Source: Squalus acanthias (lineage: Eukaryota). From it: a DNA stretch of 64,000 nucleotides. Positions 1 through 13,084 of this stretch are shown here, piece by piece (within the stretch, counting starts at the first letter, position 1; each line of letters starts with the position of its first letter). The stretch covers positions 57,848,001 through 57,912,000 of the forward strand of contig CM059432.1 in the NCBI GenBank assembly GCA_030390025.1, written 5' to 3'. The notes below the pieces were generated by a model. The model was not told the DNA's origin, ran no database searches, and saw nothing but the letters and a program-made list of their open reading frames with translations. The position numbers were made by a program, and so were the translations under genes.

Positions 1-942
1 TTGTACATAACATCCATTACTCATCATTACATCTTGATGTCCAAGCCCCTGATGGGGAAAATGAAAGTTTGGTTTCTTTCAATTCTTCAAAGAGCTTCTT
101 TGTATATCATGTGTAAATAACAGATTTCATTTGATGGTTTCAACTTTTATCTTTTAATCAATTAATACTTCGCTCAATCAATACTCTTGACTTTGCTATC
201 TCCTCTGACCTCAGATGGAACCCCCATATCTTCTCCATTGCTAAAGCTGCCTCTAAGAAGCTCAGATTGTGCGAAGCGCTTTTTCCCTTAACAACTGAAA
301 TATGCACAGCTGAAGTCCATCCAACACTTGAATACAGGCCCCATATCTGATGAAAGCGCCTTAGGATGTTTTAGGACATTAAAGGTGCTATATAAATACA
401 AGTCATTATTGTTAAAACTCTAACAATTCTAGGAAGGAACAACCATGTTCCTTATTACATTCAATCATTTCTATCTGTACTTTTGACATGTAAACTCATT
501 CTTAATCAAATATTTATCTGGGACTTAAAAAAAAACCTGATGTTAATCAACATAGCATTAACTGTCTACGTGGTACTCTTATCTACATACTCAGTGACTC
601 ACATTCCTATAGAACTGATATAGCTCAAATCCACCAATGAAAGCAGTACAGAGTTCAAATCTTTTCTAAACTTCAGTCCTGTCAAATTAAAACAGGCAAA
701 CCCAGCTCCATTAAAAAATAGAGCCAAAATACATTGGAGCAGCAAATTCAAATAGCCCAATAGTTGAAAAAAGTGCTTTAGGTGAGTAATTAATAATTTT
801 TTTTCACTTTAGTAGTAATAGATTAGAAATAATCATTTTGGAATAGTTAATTTTGACAATATTGACTGACGATCATGAGGCTTCATGGTGTGTAACTAAG
901 GAGCTCATTATGGCAAAAAAGCTTGGACACTCATCGAAGAAC

Positions 943-2835
943 ATAACATAAGAAATAGGAGCAGGAATAGGCCACTTGGCCCCTCGAGCCTGCTCCGCCA
1001 TTCAATAAGATCATGGCTGATCTTGGGCTCAAAGCCACTTCCCCGCCCGCTCCCCATAACCCTTCACTCCCTTATCTTGCAAAAATGTGTCTATCTCCAC
1101 CTTAAATGTATTTAATGACCCAGCCTCCACAGCTCTCTGGGGCAGAGAATCCCACAGATTTACGACCCTCAGAAGAAATTCCTCCTCATCTCAGTTCTAA
1201 AAGGGCAACCCTTTATTCTAAAACTGTGCCCCCGCGTTCTAGATTTCCCCACGAGGGGAAACATCCTCTCTGCATCTACCTTGTCATGCCCCCTCAGTAT
1301 CTTATATGTTTCAATAAGATCACTCTCATTCTTCTAAATTCCAATGAGTATAGGCCCAGCCTGCTCAACCTTTCCTCATAAGTCAACCCCCTCATCTCTG
1401 GAATTAACCTAGCGAATCGTCTCTGAACTGCCTCCAATGCAAGTATATCCTTCCTTAAATAAGGAGACCAAAACTGTACGCAGTACTCAAGGTGTTGTCT
1501 CACCAATGCCTTGTACAGTTGCAGCAGAACTTCCCTGCTTTTATACTCCAACCCCTTTGAAATAAAGGCCAACATTCCATTTGCCTTTTTGATTACTTGC
1601 TGTACCTGCATGCTAACTTTTTGTGTTTCATGCACAAGGACCCCCAGGTCCCTCTGAACTGTAGCATTTTGTAATCTCTCTCCATTTAAATAATTTGCTT
1701 TTTTATTTTTCATCCCAAAGTGTATAACCTCGCATTTTCCCACATTATACTCCATCTGCCAAATGTTTGCCCACTCACTTAGCCTGTCTATATCCCTTTG
1801 CAGGTTCTTTGAGTCCTCTGCACAACTTGCTTTCCCACCCATCTTTGTATCATCTGCAAACTTGGCTACATTACACTCGGTCCCTTCATCCAAGTCATTA
1901 ATGTAGATTGTAAATAGTTGAGGCCCCAGCACCGATCCCTGTGGCACCCCACTAGTTACCGTTTGCCAACCGGAAAATGACCCATTTATCCCAACTCTCT
2001 GCTTTCTGTTAGTTAGCCAATTCTCTATCCATGCTAATATATTACCCCCAATTCCATGAGCTCTTATCTTATGCAGTAACCTTTTATGTGGCACCTTATC
2101 GAATGCCTTCTGGAAATCCAAATACACCACATCCACTGGTTCACCTTTGTCCACCCTGCTCGTTACCTCCTCAAAGAACTCCAGCAAGTTTGTTAAACAT
2201 GATTTCCCTTTCATAAAACCTTGCTGAGTCTGCTTGACTGCATTATGATTTTCCAAATGCCCTACTACTGCTTCCTTAATGAAGGACTCCAGCATTTTCC
2301 CAACGACAGATGTTAGGCTAACTGGTCTATAATTTCCTGCTTTCTGTCTCCCTCCTTTCTTAAATAGGGGTGTTACATTTGTGGTTTTCCAATCCGCTGG
2401 GACCTCTCCAGAGTCCAGGGAATTTTGGTATATTGCAACCAATGCATCCACTATCTCTGCAGCCACTTCTTTTAAGACCCTGGGATGCAGGCCATCTGGT
2501 CCAGGGGACTTGCCATCTTTTAGTCCCATTATTTTACCAAGTACTATTTCCTTAGTGATAGTGATTGTCTTTAGTTTCCCCCTCCCTGTGGCCCCTTGAT
2601 TATCCATTATTGGGATGTTGTTAGTGTCTTCTACCGTGAAGACAGATACAAAATATTTGTTCAGCGTCTCTGCCATTTCCCCGTTCCACATTATTAATTC
2701 CCCAGTCTCATCCTCTAAGGGACCAACGTTTACTTTAGCTACCCTCTTCCTTTTTATATACCCGTAGAAGGTCTTACTATCTGTTTTAATGTTTCTTGCC
2801 AGTTTACTCTCTCAATTCATCATCTCTCTCTATTA
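943..2835 (-). mobile_element. CR1-type LINE, 5'-truncated and young (465-aa open RT fragment)
   Basis: ORF 1294-2691 has [28 protein letters not shown] and KFADD motifs. The 3' tail (..CCTGCTCCTATTTCTTATGTTATGTT) is at about 943-990. Confidence 0.93.
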
Positions 2836-3829
2836 TTTTTTTAAGTCATCCTTTGCTGGTTTTTAAAAATTTCCAAATCCTCTGGTCTCCCACCAATCTT
2901 GGCAACATTGCATGTTATCTAAATTATATAATTCCTCTCAATAGTTTAAAAATAGCAAAAGAACCTCAGTTCGGAGAATTTCCCTTCATAACTTAGAGCC
3001 TCTGCTCCCTGAATCACCTTTATTACTCTGTAATGCATCAATACTCTTTTGAAGTAGGGTACCCAAAACTGCACTTAGTAACTGGCAAGAATTTTGAGTA
3101 TAATTTTTGTGAAAAATTTGAACCATGAACTTTAATGGACCTCCCTACAACAATGCACGTGTAAAGGCACAGTATATTCAAATTTATGGCTTCATAGTAA
3201 TACAGCGACCTATTTTGACATTAAGTATCCACACAAGTAGAAAAATCTCTTCGAAATCGTAAACACGAGAGAACAATTTTAAATCTTGGTTCATTCAAAG
3301 CATCTTTCATTAATGGCAAAATTATTTTGTCTGCACTTTTAAAGTAATTATTTGATGTACATGTCTCACCAAAGCCTTTAACATGGACAAAAAGAATACA
3401 TTTCTCAACAATTTCCGTGGAAAAATAGTTAAAAGCTCTTTAAACTTGACAGCTCCACTTAGTCTTGATTCCCCAGTGGCAATGCCACAAGAGACCAACC
3501 AGTAACATATTAAAAGTCTCATGTCTGCATGCATTCCTGTCAACTTTTCCATTATAAATGCCAATGAACATGTTTATAATTGAATCTGCTTATGTAAATT
3601 TGACACACTGTATTTATACCCTTTCCAGAGTGTAGCTACTGCAGCATTATCATGGGCAGCAGGGTGTAAATACAGCACAAGAAGTTTGCATAGGCAGTTT
3701 CCATTATAAATTCCAATGTCCACATTTATAATGAAAATGTAAATATAGGGACACTGTGCATATTTCATTGGCTCTAAAGCGCTTTGGGACATCCTGAAAG
3801 GCGCTACATAACTACAAGTTTTTCTTTTT

Positions 3830-5560
3830 TTTTTGAAGTCTACAGTTGGTCTTGACTATACATCTTTAATTTTATCGAGCTTACCCACTACTGATGTTAG
3901 GTTGATTGATCTACTCAGTTTCCCCCTTCTCTCTTGCAGAGAAATGTTAGTGACATCTCTCCAGTCCTCTGGCATAGCTTCCAAATCCAAGGATGTCAGA
4001 GCAGATGCATGGAGGTGCCTTTTCTACTTTGAGTTCCACCCAACTTTTCCAGTACTACTATTGTATTTATAGTTAAATAAAATTGCTCCACCTCCACCTC
4101 TTGTATGCTTCCACCATCACTTTCACTTTTGGAAAAACTGATCCAAACTACTCATTTGGTAGCCTCACCACTCTTTCAACCTCTACGAGTAGCTTCCATT
4201 TGTCTCTCTAATCCTTTCTAATTCCCTTTAACTAATTTACTTTTTACATCTTTACAAAATCCTTTATTTCTCTCGGTGATCTGTCGCTCCTTCACCTTTG
4301 TAATCTCATGCCTCCCTTCTATTTTCTATACTCCACTGGATTTTCTTTCACATTAGCTTCAGATGGGTAGTATACCTCACGTCCCATTCAATTTTCTTTA
4401 CACAGACAGGGGACTACAACTTTCAGTACATCCCTTTCCCTCGTGACTAAGTCCTTTCCGCTATCTCCTTTCTACTGAATAGTGGGCTACAAAAAAAATA
4501 CAGCAACAGTTACCTTCTTATTCTTTAACTCTCACCAGATAGATTCAGCTTTTTCCTCATCCCCTATATAAATCATTATGCTCTAGTGTTGTAAAGTAAT
4601 TCGAGTAAAGCTGCCATCTATCCTCCTTTTTTCCCTACTCAATTCTTCCAGAAAATATTGTAATCAGAAATGTTTAACTCCTAATCCTATTAATATATTA
4701 ATTACCCTCTCCCCAACGCACACAGAGCAATCCTCTCCCTACAAGGACACTGGTTCCAACCCTGTTCATCCTGGAAAGGCCACTCTTACTACACTCCCTC
4801 TCTATTAACAGGTACATGGCATCAAGAGTAATCCTGAGATTACTACCCTTGAGGTCCTGCTCTTTAATGTATATCCTAATCCCTGAAGCACCTTTCTGAA
4901 GGATCTCAAATCCATTCCTTCATTAGTTTCAATATGAACTACCACTTCTGGCTGTACCCGATCTCTCCAAAATCTTTTGTACCTGCTCCATCATATCCCT
5001 TACTCTGGCACTGAGACACAACACATTTAGGACGCAAAGACTATAGCAATTCAAGGCGGCAGTTCACAACCACGTTCTCAAAAAGGCAACCAGGGTTAGG
5101 CGGTAATTGCGAATTTTGCCAGCAATGCCCATATTCCAAGAAAGAATTTTTTTAAACTTAGCTGTAGTTACAAAAGTACCTGTCTATTCCCTTGAATATG
5201 GAACCCCCTATACTACTGCATTTCTGCACTTCACTTCCCCCACGTCAGCAACCACTTGCTCCAAAGCACTGCTCACCATCATCATCCTTCAAATTGATGC
5301 TATTGTCACTGGTATTCGAATACCCATTTGTCAAGTCAGTACCCAAGAGATCCCTGCATTACCTCCCATCTCCTCTTCCTACCCTGATGGATGGTCACCC
5401 ACATCTTTTCCTCACTAACTTGCTCTGTCTGCAAGGTGTGCACTTCCTGGAATATGCATACCAGGATCCCTTCAGCTTCCTACTTGTGACAGAATATTCC
5501 TAGCAGCTCCTGAAGCTCACAAAATGTTGAGCTTGAGCTCATGCAATCAAGAGACACTTG
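3830..5560 (-). mobile_element. Old degraded CR1-type LINE remnants
   Basis: Patches resemble the antisense CR1 at 2300-2800 (e.g. ctactgatgttaggttgattgatcta). No intact ORF; boundaries approximate. Confidence 0.45.
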
Positions 5561-6257
5561 TGTCATTCCAGCCATACAAAGCATCCACAACAGAAGTTAT
5601 CATTCGAAATGTGCCCAAGGAAAGATTTTTTTCCACAATCGCTCACACTAATAAGCAATATGTATAACTCAACAGAACTCACTTCTTTCCTCCAACCTGA
5701 ACTAATACAGGTGGATTATCTTCTTCAATAGAGCCGCAACTCATTCAACAACTTCCTATTAAGAACTCCAACTAATCCAACACATCAGAGTACCAACAAA
5801 TCTGAATCCATCAGATCCTCCATCCCCCTTCCCAGTAGAGCTTCAACTATCGCAGCTAGGGCTCTTTTCAGTAGGTGAAGAGAAGTTCTAATCGAATGAA
5901 CTAAGTACGTGCATTTATCCTCCCTCCCCGCCAGATTAGGCCTGCAACTCGTCCATTAACACCTCCATACACTTTCTCAATAGAGCTGCAACTGACCAAG
6001 CAGGAACTACACCCTTCCTCATTGAAGCCTAACTAATCCAGACCGACATCTGCACCCTTCACCCCATTAGGTGTTCAACTAGTCCGAGTGGTCTTCCCCA
6101 GTTAGTATCCACTGATACAAGAGGACCCATCTCCCCAGTGGGGCTGCGCTGACACAGTCCGCAGGAACCCTCCGAACCAGTCACCATCCCGGCCCAAGCC
6201 CGCTCTCCTCCCCTCCAGCGGACTTGGGCCGCCGTGCCTGGTCCCGGAATCACTCAC

Positions 6258-6420
6258 CCAGTAACCGCTGCGATACCTGCCGAGCCACCGCGGACAGGGT
6301 CTCGTCTCCATCGTAGTAAGAGTTCAAGATGGCGTCGATGACGAAGATGCAGGGGACCCGCAGGGCCACGTCCAGGACCCCCCGGAGGTGACTCCCCATC
6401 GACACCCACTGCGAGGACAT
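6258..6420 (-). CDS. RNF139: RNF139/TRC8 (sterol-sensing ER E3 ligase), first coding exon; the rest of the gene lies left of the window
   Basis: ATG at 6420 gives MSSQWVSMGSHLRGVLDVALRVPCIFVIDAILNSYYDGDETLSAVARQVSQRLLG, matching the TRC8 N-terminus (human ..ALEVALRVPCLYIIDAIFNSY..LRLFG). It ends at a phase-1 donor G|GTGAGT (intron starts 6257) and lies in a CpG island. Confidence 0.85.
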
Positions 6421-6761
6421 CGTCAACCGCCGTGCTGCCGCTGAGTCAGAGTCGGCTGCTCGTTGAAGGGGCCGCGCGGCCTGCCTGCCAGTGTACTGTG
6501 TACGCACGCCTCTATGTGGCTGAGCTGTAACTGCCGGTGAGTCAGCTGTCGCCACTGTATGGCTGCCCGGCCGCCGCCGCTGCTCTCCTCTTCCTTTCCA
6601 TACTCAAGACCACGGCCGACGCTCTCGCTCTCTTCCTCTCCGCACAACGCGAAAGGCGCGTCACGCAAACGAACACGTCATAATCGGGCATATGAAGCGC
6701 GACTGAGGATGAAAACGCAAGTCGCGTCACAATCGGACGTACGATAGAATGTTCATACGAT

Positions 6762-6891
6762 AGCAAAATACTGCGGATGCTGGAAATCCGAAATAACAAC
6801 AGAAAACGCTGGAAAAACTCAGCGGGCCAGGCAACATCCGTGGAGAGAGAAAGAGTTAACGTTTCAGGTCGATGACCTTTCGTCAGAACTG
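6762..6891 (-). mobile_element. Penelope-like terminal-repeat fragment with hammerhead motif
   Basis: Same sequence family as about 12085-12210, 41322-41418 and 53620-55390 (gcaaaatactgcggatgctggaaatc...gttaacgtttcaggtcgatgacctttcgtcagaac). The Penelope assignment rests on the minimal hammerhead. Confidence 0.7.
6854..6890 (-). ncRNA. Minimal type I hammerhead ribozyme motif
   Basis: Minus strand reads AGUU-CUGACGA-A-AGGUC(AUC)GACCU-GAAA-CG-UU-AACU: core boxes, 5-bp stem II, palindromic ACGU helix III and a 4-bp stem I. Confidence 0.7.
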
Positions 6892-7603
6892 TAATGTCAG
6901 AATAGAATGTTCAGCCTGGTAAGCGGCGGCACGTCTGGCACGTCACAATCGGACGTACGCCAAGAGGTTTTAATTTTCGGTCGCAGAGCTGGAGTTTGCG
7001 CAGACGTGTAATTTGGGGCTGCTTGTACTGTACTGTAATTCATGCTGAAAGGTTGTCAAGTGACCACGTTGACATCGCTCTCCAGTGGCGCTGCTGGCTT
7101 ATTACAGGCAAATTAAGTCAATAGTTGGTGTAGCTTTAGTGTTGTGAAATTGTGAAGTGAGAGTTCAAAATATTTATGAAATTGCAGTAACTTAAATAAC
7201 ACCTTAGGATGTGCCAAATACATTAGGAGTGATGGTTTTGAAAATATGAAATTAGAAATAATTGGCATACACTGATCATAATATCAACAGGTTTAGAATA
7301 GTTATGGAAAAGGACAAGGTACAATCAAGCATGAAAATACTTAACTAGAGGGCTAACTAACATTGAGTTGAAAGAGGATCTGGCCCAGGTGGATTGGAAT
7401 CAAAAATTGGTAGGCAAAATAATAATTGAACAATGGGAGGCCTTCAAAGAGGAGATGGTTTGGGTACAGAATAGACACATTCCTATGTGGGGGAAAGGAA
7501 GGGCATCCAAAGCTGGAGCTCCCTGGATGACTAAAGATATAGAGGTTAAAATGAGACAGAAAAAGGAGGCTTATGACAATTGTAAGGTTCATAACAGAAT
7601 AGA

Positions 7604-7765
7604 TAGATATATTTCTTAAGGCTAAAGGGATCAAGGGATATGGGAAGAAAGCAGGGACAGGGTACTGAATTTGGATGATCAGCCATGATCTCATTAAATG
7701 GCGGAGCAGGCTCGAGGGGCCGAATGGCCTACTCCTGCTCCTATCTTCTATGCTTCTATGCTTCT
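7604..7765 (+). mobile_element. Short 3'-end copy of a young CR1 subfamily
   Basis: Flanked by TSD AATAGA (7598-7603, 7766-7771); nearly identical to 60530-60686. Confidence 0.85.
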
Positions 7766-9210
7766 AATAGAGAATCAAGCTGAATATAGAAAGTACAGAG
7801 GAGATCTAAAAAAGGGAATAAGAGGGGCAAAGAGAGAGAATGAGAATAGATTAGCAGCTAACATAAAACAGAACCCCAAAGTCTTTTATAAACACTTAAA
7901 TATTAAAAGGGTAGTCAAAGGAAGGGTGGGGCTGATTAGGGACCAAAAAGGAGATGATCTTGTGCAGGCAGAGGTACTAAATGAGCACATTGCATCTGTC
8001 TTCACTAGAGAAGAGGTTGCTGCCAATAAAGGAGGAGGCAGTAGCAATGTTGGATAGAATAAAAGTAGATAGAGGAGGTACTTAAAAGGTTGGCAGTCCT
8101 CAAAGTAGAAAAGTCACCCTATCCGGATGGGATGCATCCTAGGTTACTGAGGGAAGTAAGGGTAGAAATTGCAGTGGCTTTGGCCACAATATTGCTTGGA
8201 TAAGGGGGTGGTGCAAGAGGACTGGAGCATTGCAAATGTTACACCCCTGTTTAAAAAAGGGGGAGGGATAAACCCAGCAACTACAGGCCAGTCAGCCTAA
8301 CGTCGGTGGTGGGGAAACTTTTAAAGACAATAATCTGGGACAAAATTAATTGCCATTTAGAAAATTATGGACTAATAAATGAAAGTCAGCAAAGATTTGT
8401 TAAAGTAAATCATATTTGACTAACTTGATCGAGTTCTTTGATGAAGTAACAGAGAGGGTTGATGTTATGTATATGGCTTTTCAAACGGCATTTGACAAAA
8501 TATCACATAATAGACTTGTTAGCAATATTAAAGCCCATGGGATTCAAGGGACAGTGGCGGCATGAATACAAAATTGGCTAAGGGACAGAAAGCAGAGAGT
8601 ATTGGTGAACAGTTTTTCATACTGGAGAGAAATATACTGTGATGGACCACTGCTCTTTTTGATATATATTAATGACCTGCACTTGGGTATACAGGGCATA
8701 ATTTTAAAGTTTGCAGATGATACAAAACTCGGAAATGTAGTAAACAGTGAGGCGGAGAGTAACAGACTTCAGGAAGACATAGACAGACAGGTAAAATGGG
8801 CAGACACATGGCAGATGAAATTTAACGCAGAGAAGTGTGAAGTGATACATTTTGGTAGGAAGAATGCAGAGAGGCAATATAAACTAAATAGTACAATTTT
8901 AAAGTGGGTGTAGGAACAGAGAGACCTGTGGGCGTATGTACACAAATCATTGAAGGTGGCAAGAATAGGTTGAGAAGGTGATTTAAAAAAAGCATATACG
9001 ATCCTTGGCTTTATTAATAGAGCCATAGAGTACAAAAGCAAGGATGTTCTGCTAAAACTTTATAAAACATTGGTTAGGCCTAAGCTTGAGTATTGTGTTC
9101 AATTCTGGGCACCACACTTTAGAAAGGATGTCAAGGCCTTGGAGAGGGTTGCAGAAGAAATTTACTAGAATGGTACCAGGGATGAGCGACTTCAGTTATG
9201 CAGAGAGACT

Positions 9211-11670
9211 TTCTTTTATTCGTTCCTGGGATGTGGGCGTCGCTGGCAAGGCCAGCATTTATTGCTTAACCCTAAGTGTCCTTGAGAATGTGGTAGTGAG
9301 CCGCCTTCTTGAACCGCTACAATCTGCTTATGAAGGTACTCCCACAGTGCTGTTAGGGAGGGAGTTCCAGATTTTGACCCAGCAATGATGAAGGAATGGC
9401 GATATATTTCCAAGTCAGGATGGTGTGTGACTTGCAGGGGAATTTGGAGGTGATGGTGTTCCCATGCACCTGTTGCCCTTGTCCTTCTAGGTGGTAGAGG
9501 TCGCAGGTTTGAGAGGTGCTGTCAAAGAAGCCTTGGCGAGTTGCTGCAGTGCATCTTGTAGATGGTACACACTGCAGCCACGGTACGCCGGTGGTGGAGG
9601 GAGTGAATGTTTAAGGTGGTGGATGGGGTGCCAGTCAAGCGGGCTGCTTTGTCCTGGATGGTATCGAGCTTCTGGAGTATTGTTGGAGCTGCACTCATTC
9701 AGGCAAGTGGAAGGTATTCCATCACACTCCTGACTTGTCCCTTGTAGATGGTGGAAAGGCTTTGAGGAGTCAGGAGGTGAGTCGCAGAATACCCAGCCTC
9801 TGACCTGCTCTTGTCGCAACATTATTTATGTGGCTGGTCCAATTAAGTTTCTGGTCAATGGTGACCCCCAGGATGTTGATGGTGGGGGATTTGGCGATGG
9901 TAATGCCATTGAATGTCAAGGGGCGGTGGTTAGATGTTCTCTTCTTGGAGATAGTCATTGCCTGGCACTTGTGTGGCACGAATGTTACTTGCCACTTATC
10001 AGCCCAAGCCTGAATGTTGTCCAGGTCTTGCTGCATGTGGGCATGGACTGCTTTATTATCTGAGGAGTTGTGAATGGAACTGAACACTGTGCAATCATCA
10101 GCAAACATCCCTACTTCTGACCTTTTGATGGAGGGAAGGTCATTGATGAAGCAGCTGACAATGGTTGGGCCTAGGACACTGCCCTGAGGAACTCTTGCAG
10201 CAATGTCCTGGGGCTGAGATGATTGGTCTCCAACAACCACAAACCATCTTTGTGCTAGGTATGACTCCAGCCAGTGGAGAGTTACCCCTGGTTCCCATTA
10301 CCTTCAGTTTTACTAGGGCTCCTTGACGCCACACTCGGTCAAATGCTGCCTTGATGTCAAGGGCAATCACTCTCACCTCACCTCTGGAATTCAGCTCTTT
10401 TGTCCATGTTTGGACCAAGACTGTAATGAGGTCTGGAGCCGAGTGGTCCTGGCAGAACCCAAACTAAGCATCGGTGAGCAGATTATTGGTGAGTAAGTGC
10501 TGCTTGATAGCACTGTCAACGCCACCTTCCATCACTTTGCTGATGATTGACAGTAGACTGATGGGGCGGTAACTGGCCCGATTGGATTTGTCCTGCTTTT
10601 TGTGGACAGGACATACCTGGGCAGTTTTCCACATTGTCGGGTAGGTGCCAGTGTTGTAGCTGTACTGGAACCGCTTGGCTAGAGGTGCGGCTAGTTCTGG
10701 AGCACAAGTCTTCAGCACGACAGCCAAGACGTTGTCGGGGCCCATAGCCTTTGCTGTATTCAGTGTGCTCAGCTGTTTCTGGATATCACGTGGAGCGAAT
10801 CGAATTGGCTGAAGACTGGCTTCTGTGATGGTGGGGACCTCGGGAGGAGGCCGATATGGATCATTCACTCGGCACTTCTGGCTGAAGATGGTTGCAAACA
10901 CTTCAGCCTTGTCTTTTGCACTCACGTGTTGGGCTCCACCATCATTGAGGATGGGGATGTTCATGGAGCCTCCTCCTCCCGTTAGTTGTTTAATGGTCCA
11001 TCACCATTCACGACTGGATGTGGCTGGACTGCAGAGCTTTGATCTGACCCGTTGGTTGTGGGATCGCTTTGCTCTGTCTATTGCATGCTACTTCTGCTGT
11101 TTAGCATGCATGTAGTCCTGTGTTGTAGCTTCCCCCAGGTTGGCACCTCATTTTTACATATGCTTAGTGCTGCTCTTGGCATGCTCTTCTACACTCCTCA
11201 TTGAACCAGATTTGGTTGCCTGGCTTACTGGTAACGGTAGAGTGAGGGATATGCCAGGTAATGAGGTTACAGATTGTGGTGAAATACAATTCTGCTGCTG
11301 CTGACATCGCCTCATGGATGCCCAGTTTTGAGTTGCTAAATCTGTTCTGAATCTATCCCATTTAGCACAGTGGTAATGCCACACAACACAATGGAAGGTG
11401 TCCTCAATGTGACGATGGGACTTCCTCTCCACAACAACTGTGCGGTGGTCACTCCTACCAATACTGTCGTGGACAGATGCATCTGCGACAGGTAGATTGG
11501 TGAGGACGAGGCCAAGTAGGTTTTTCCCTCGTGTTGGTTCTCACCACCTGCTGCAGCAATGTCTTTCAGGACACGGGCAGCTTGGTCAGTAATGGTGCTA
11601 CCAAGCCACTCTTGGTGATGGACATTGAAGTCCCCCACCCAGAGTACAGAGTGCCCTTGCTACCCTCAGT
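9211..11670 (-). mobile_element. Second non-LTR retrotransposon family (APE+RT; clade uncertain within the CR1/L2 group), 5'-truncated
   Basis: Fragments [44 protein letters not shown]-rich 3' end at 9211. Confidence 0.88.
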
Positions 11671-12408
11671 ACTGCAGAAAGTAGGGTTGTTCTCCTTTGA
11701 GCAGAGAAGGTTAAGAGGACATTTGATAGAGGTGTTCAAAATCATGACTGGTTTTGATAGTGTAAATAAAGAGAAACTGTTTCCAGTGGCAGAAGGGTCA
11801 GTAACCAGAGGACACCGATTTAAGGTGATTGCCAAAAGGACCAAAGGTAAGCTGAAAAAAACATTTTTTTGCACAGTGAGTTGTTGTGATTTGGAATGCA
11901 CTGCCTGATAGGTTGGTGGAAGCAGATTCAATAGTAACATTCAAAAGAGAATTGGATAAATACTTGAAGGGAAAGAACTCTCAGGGCTATGGGGAAAGAG
12001 CAGGGCAGTGGGATTAATTTATAGCTCTACCACAGGCACCTTTAGTGTTGTATCATTCTATGATTGTACAACTTAAACAAAAATAATATTCCAACTGTAG
12101 ATGTTGGAAATCTGAAATAAAAACTGAAAGTGCTGAAAACACTTAGCAGGTCAAGCAGCATCAGAACATAAAAGTTGACATTTCGGGAGTGGAGCCTTTG
12201 TCAAAACTGGAAGATATTTCATTTAGAAAGGAACAGAACAAGGAGAAGGGGTAAGGGGAAAAAAAAGAAACATGCACAAGAATTTAAATAGTGAGTCCTG
12301 TAAAGTGCTACACCACCAAACTCTCCCGGGAACTCAGGTTTTATACCCTGTCCAATGAATGCCTCCTTTTCACAGAAAAAATGTAACTGTTGCACTTGCA
12401 AACTTAAA

Positions 12409-13084
12409 GGCCGATTTTAACCCTGCCCACCTATCAGAAACCAGGTAGGCAGTTAAAATGGCTGCAGTGACTTCCTCCCTCCAATCCCACTGCCTTTCCA
12501 TGAGTAATAATTTTAACCTACTCTTTTAAGCAGGCAAGAAGGACGCTTCCCGGAAGGCAGTGGGGTCCTTCTTTAAATATACAGATTGGGATCGATGATG
12601 ACATCAGGGCCCGACTGCAATTTTAACTCGGGTCTGCATAGGGAAGCCATGAAGCTTCCCCACCTAGCCAACCTGGCAGCAAGAGGAGCTGGGGTCAGAA
12701 GAGGCCTAGAAAACTAGGTAAATTTTTTTTTTAACTTCCAGGAGGATTGGAACTGCTCTTCCGAGCCCCACAAGGAAACCTCTCCTGCCCCAGTCTTCCC
12801 TCACTCTCCCCGATGCCCAACCAACCCTCCTCCCAACCATGTACCTGAGTGCCAGGGACCATTCCTTCATCCCTAGGCAGCGGCCTACTGCCACCCCAAA
12901 TCCCACCCTTGCCTGCCGGATAACTAGTGCTTCTCATCGGTCTTGAACAGGAGACTGATGGGGCCAATGCAGTCCAGGCCTGGGAGTTAAAATCACCAGG
13001 TCTCATTCTGCGGAGGGCCAGTTGGTTTTCCATCTGCCTCTGCCCCTGGCTGCACGACTCCTGCCAGGGAGTTAAAATCAGGGC
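12409..13084. mobile_element. Non-autonomous TIR element (Harbinger/Tourist-like MITE)
   Basis: Ends GGCCGATTTTAACCC and GAGTTAAAATCAGGGC form imperfect inverted repeats; noncoding. Confidence 0.55.

Larger units (their letters stand above)
6140..7020. promoter_or_regulatory. CpG island / promoter and 5' UTR of RNF139
   Basis: GC- and CpG-rich block against a CpG-depleted background, spanning the start codon, with several CGTCA half-sites. Confidence 0.75.
7345..12065 (+). mobile_element. CR1-type LINE (decayed ORF2) interrupted by two insertions
   Basis: ORF2 pieces ([37 protein letters not shown]). Interrupted at 7604-7765 and 9211-11670; 3' tail near 12050. Confidence 0.9.
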
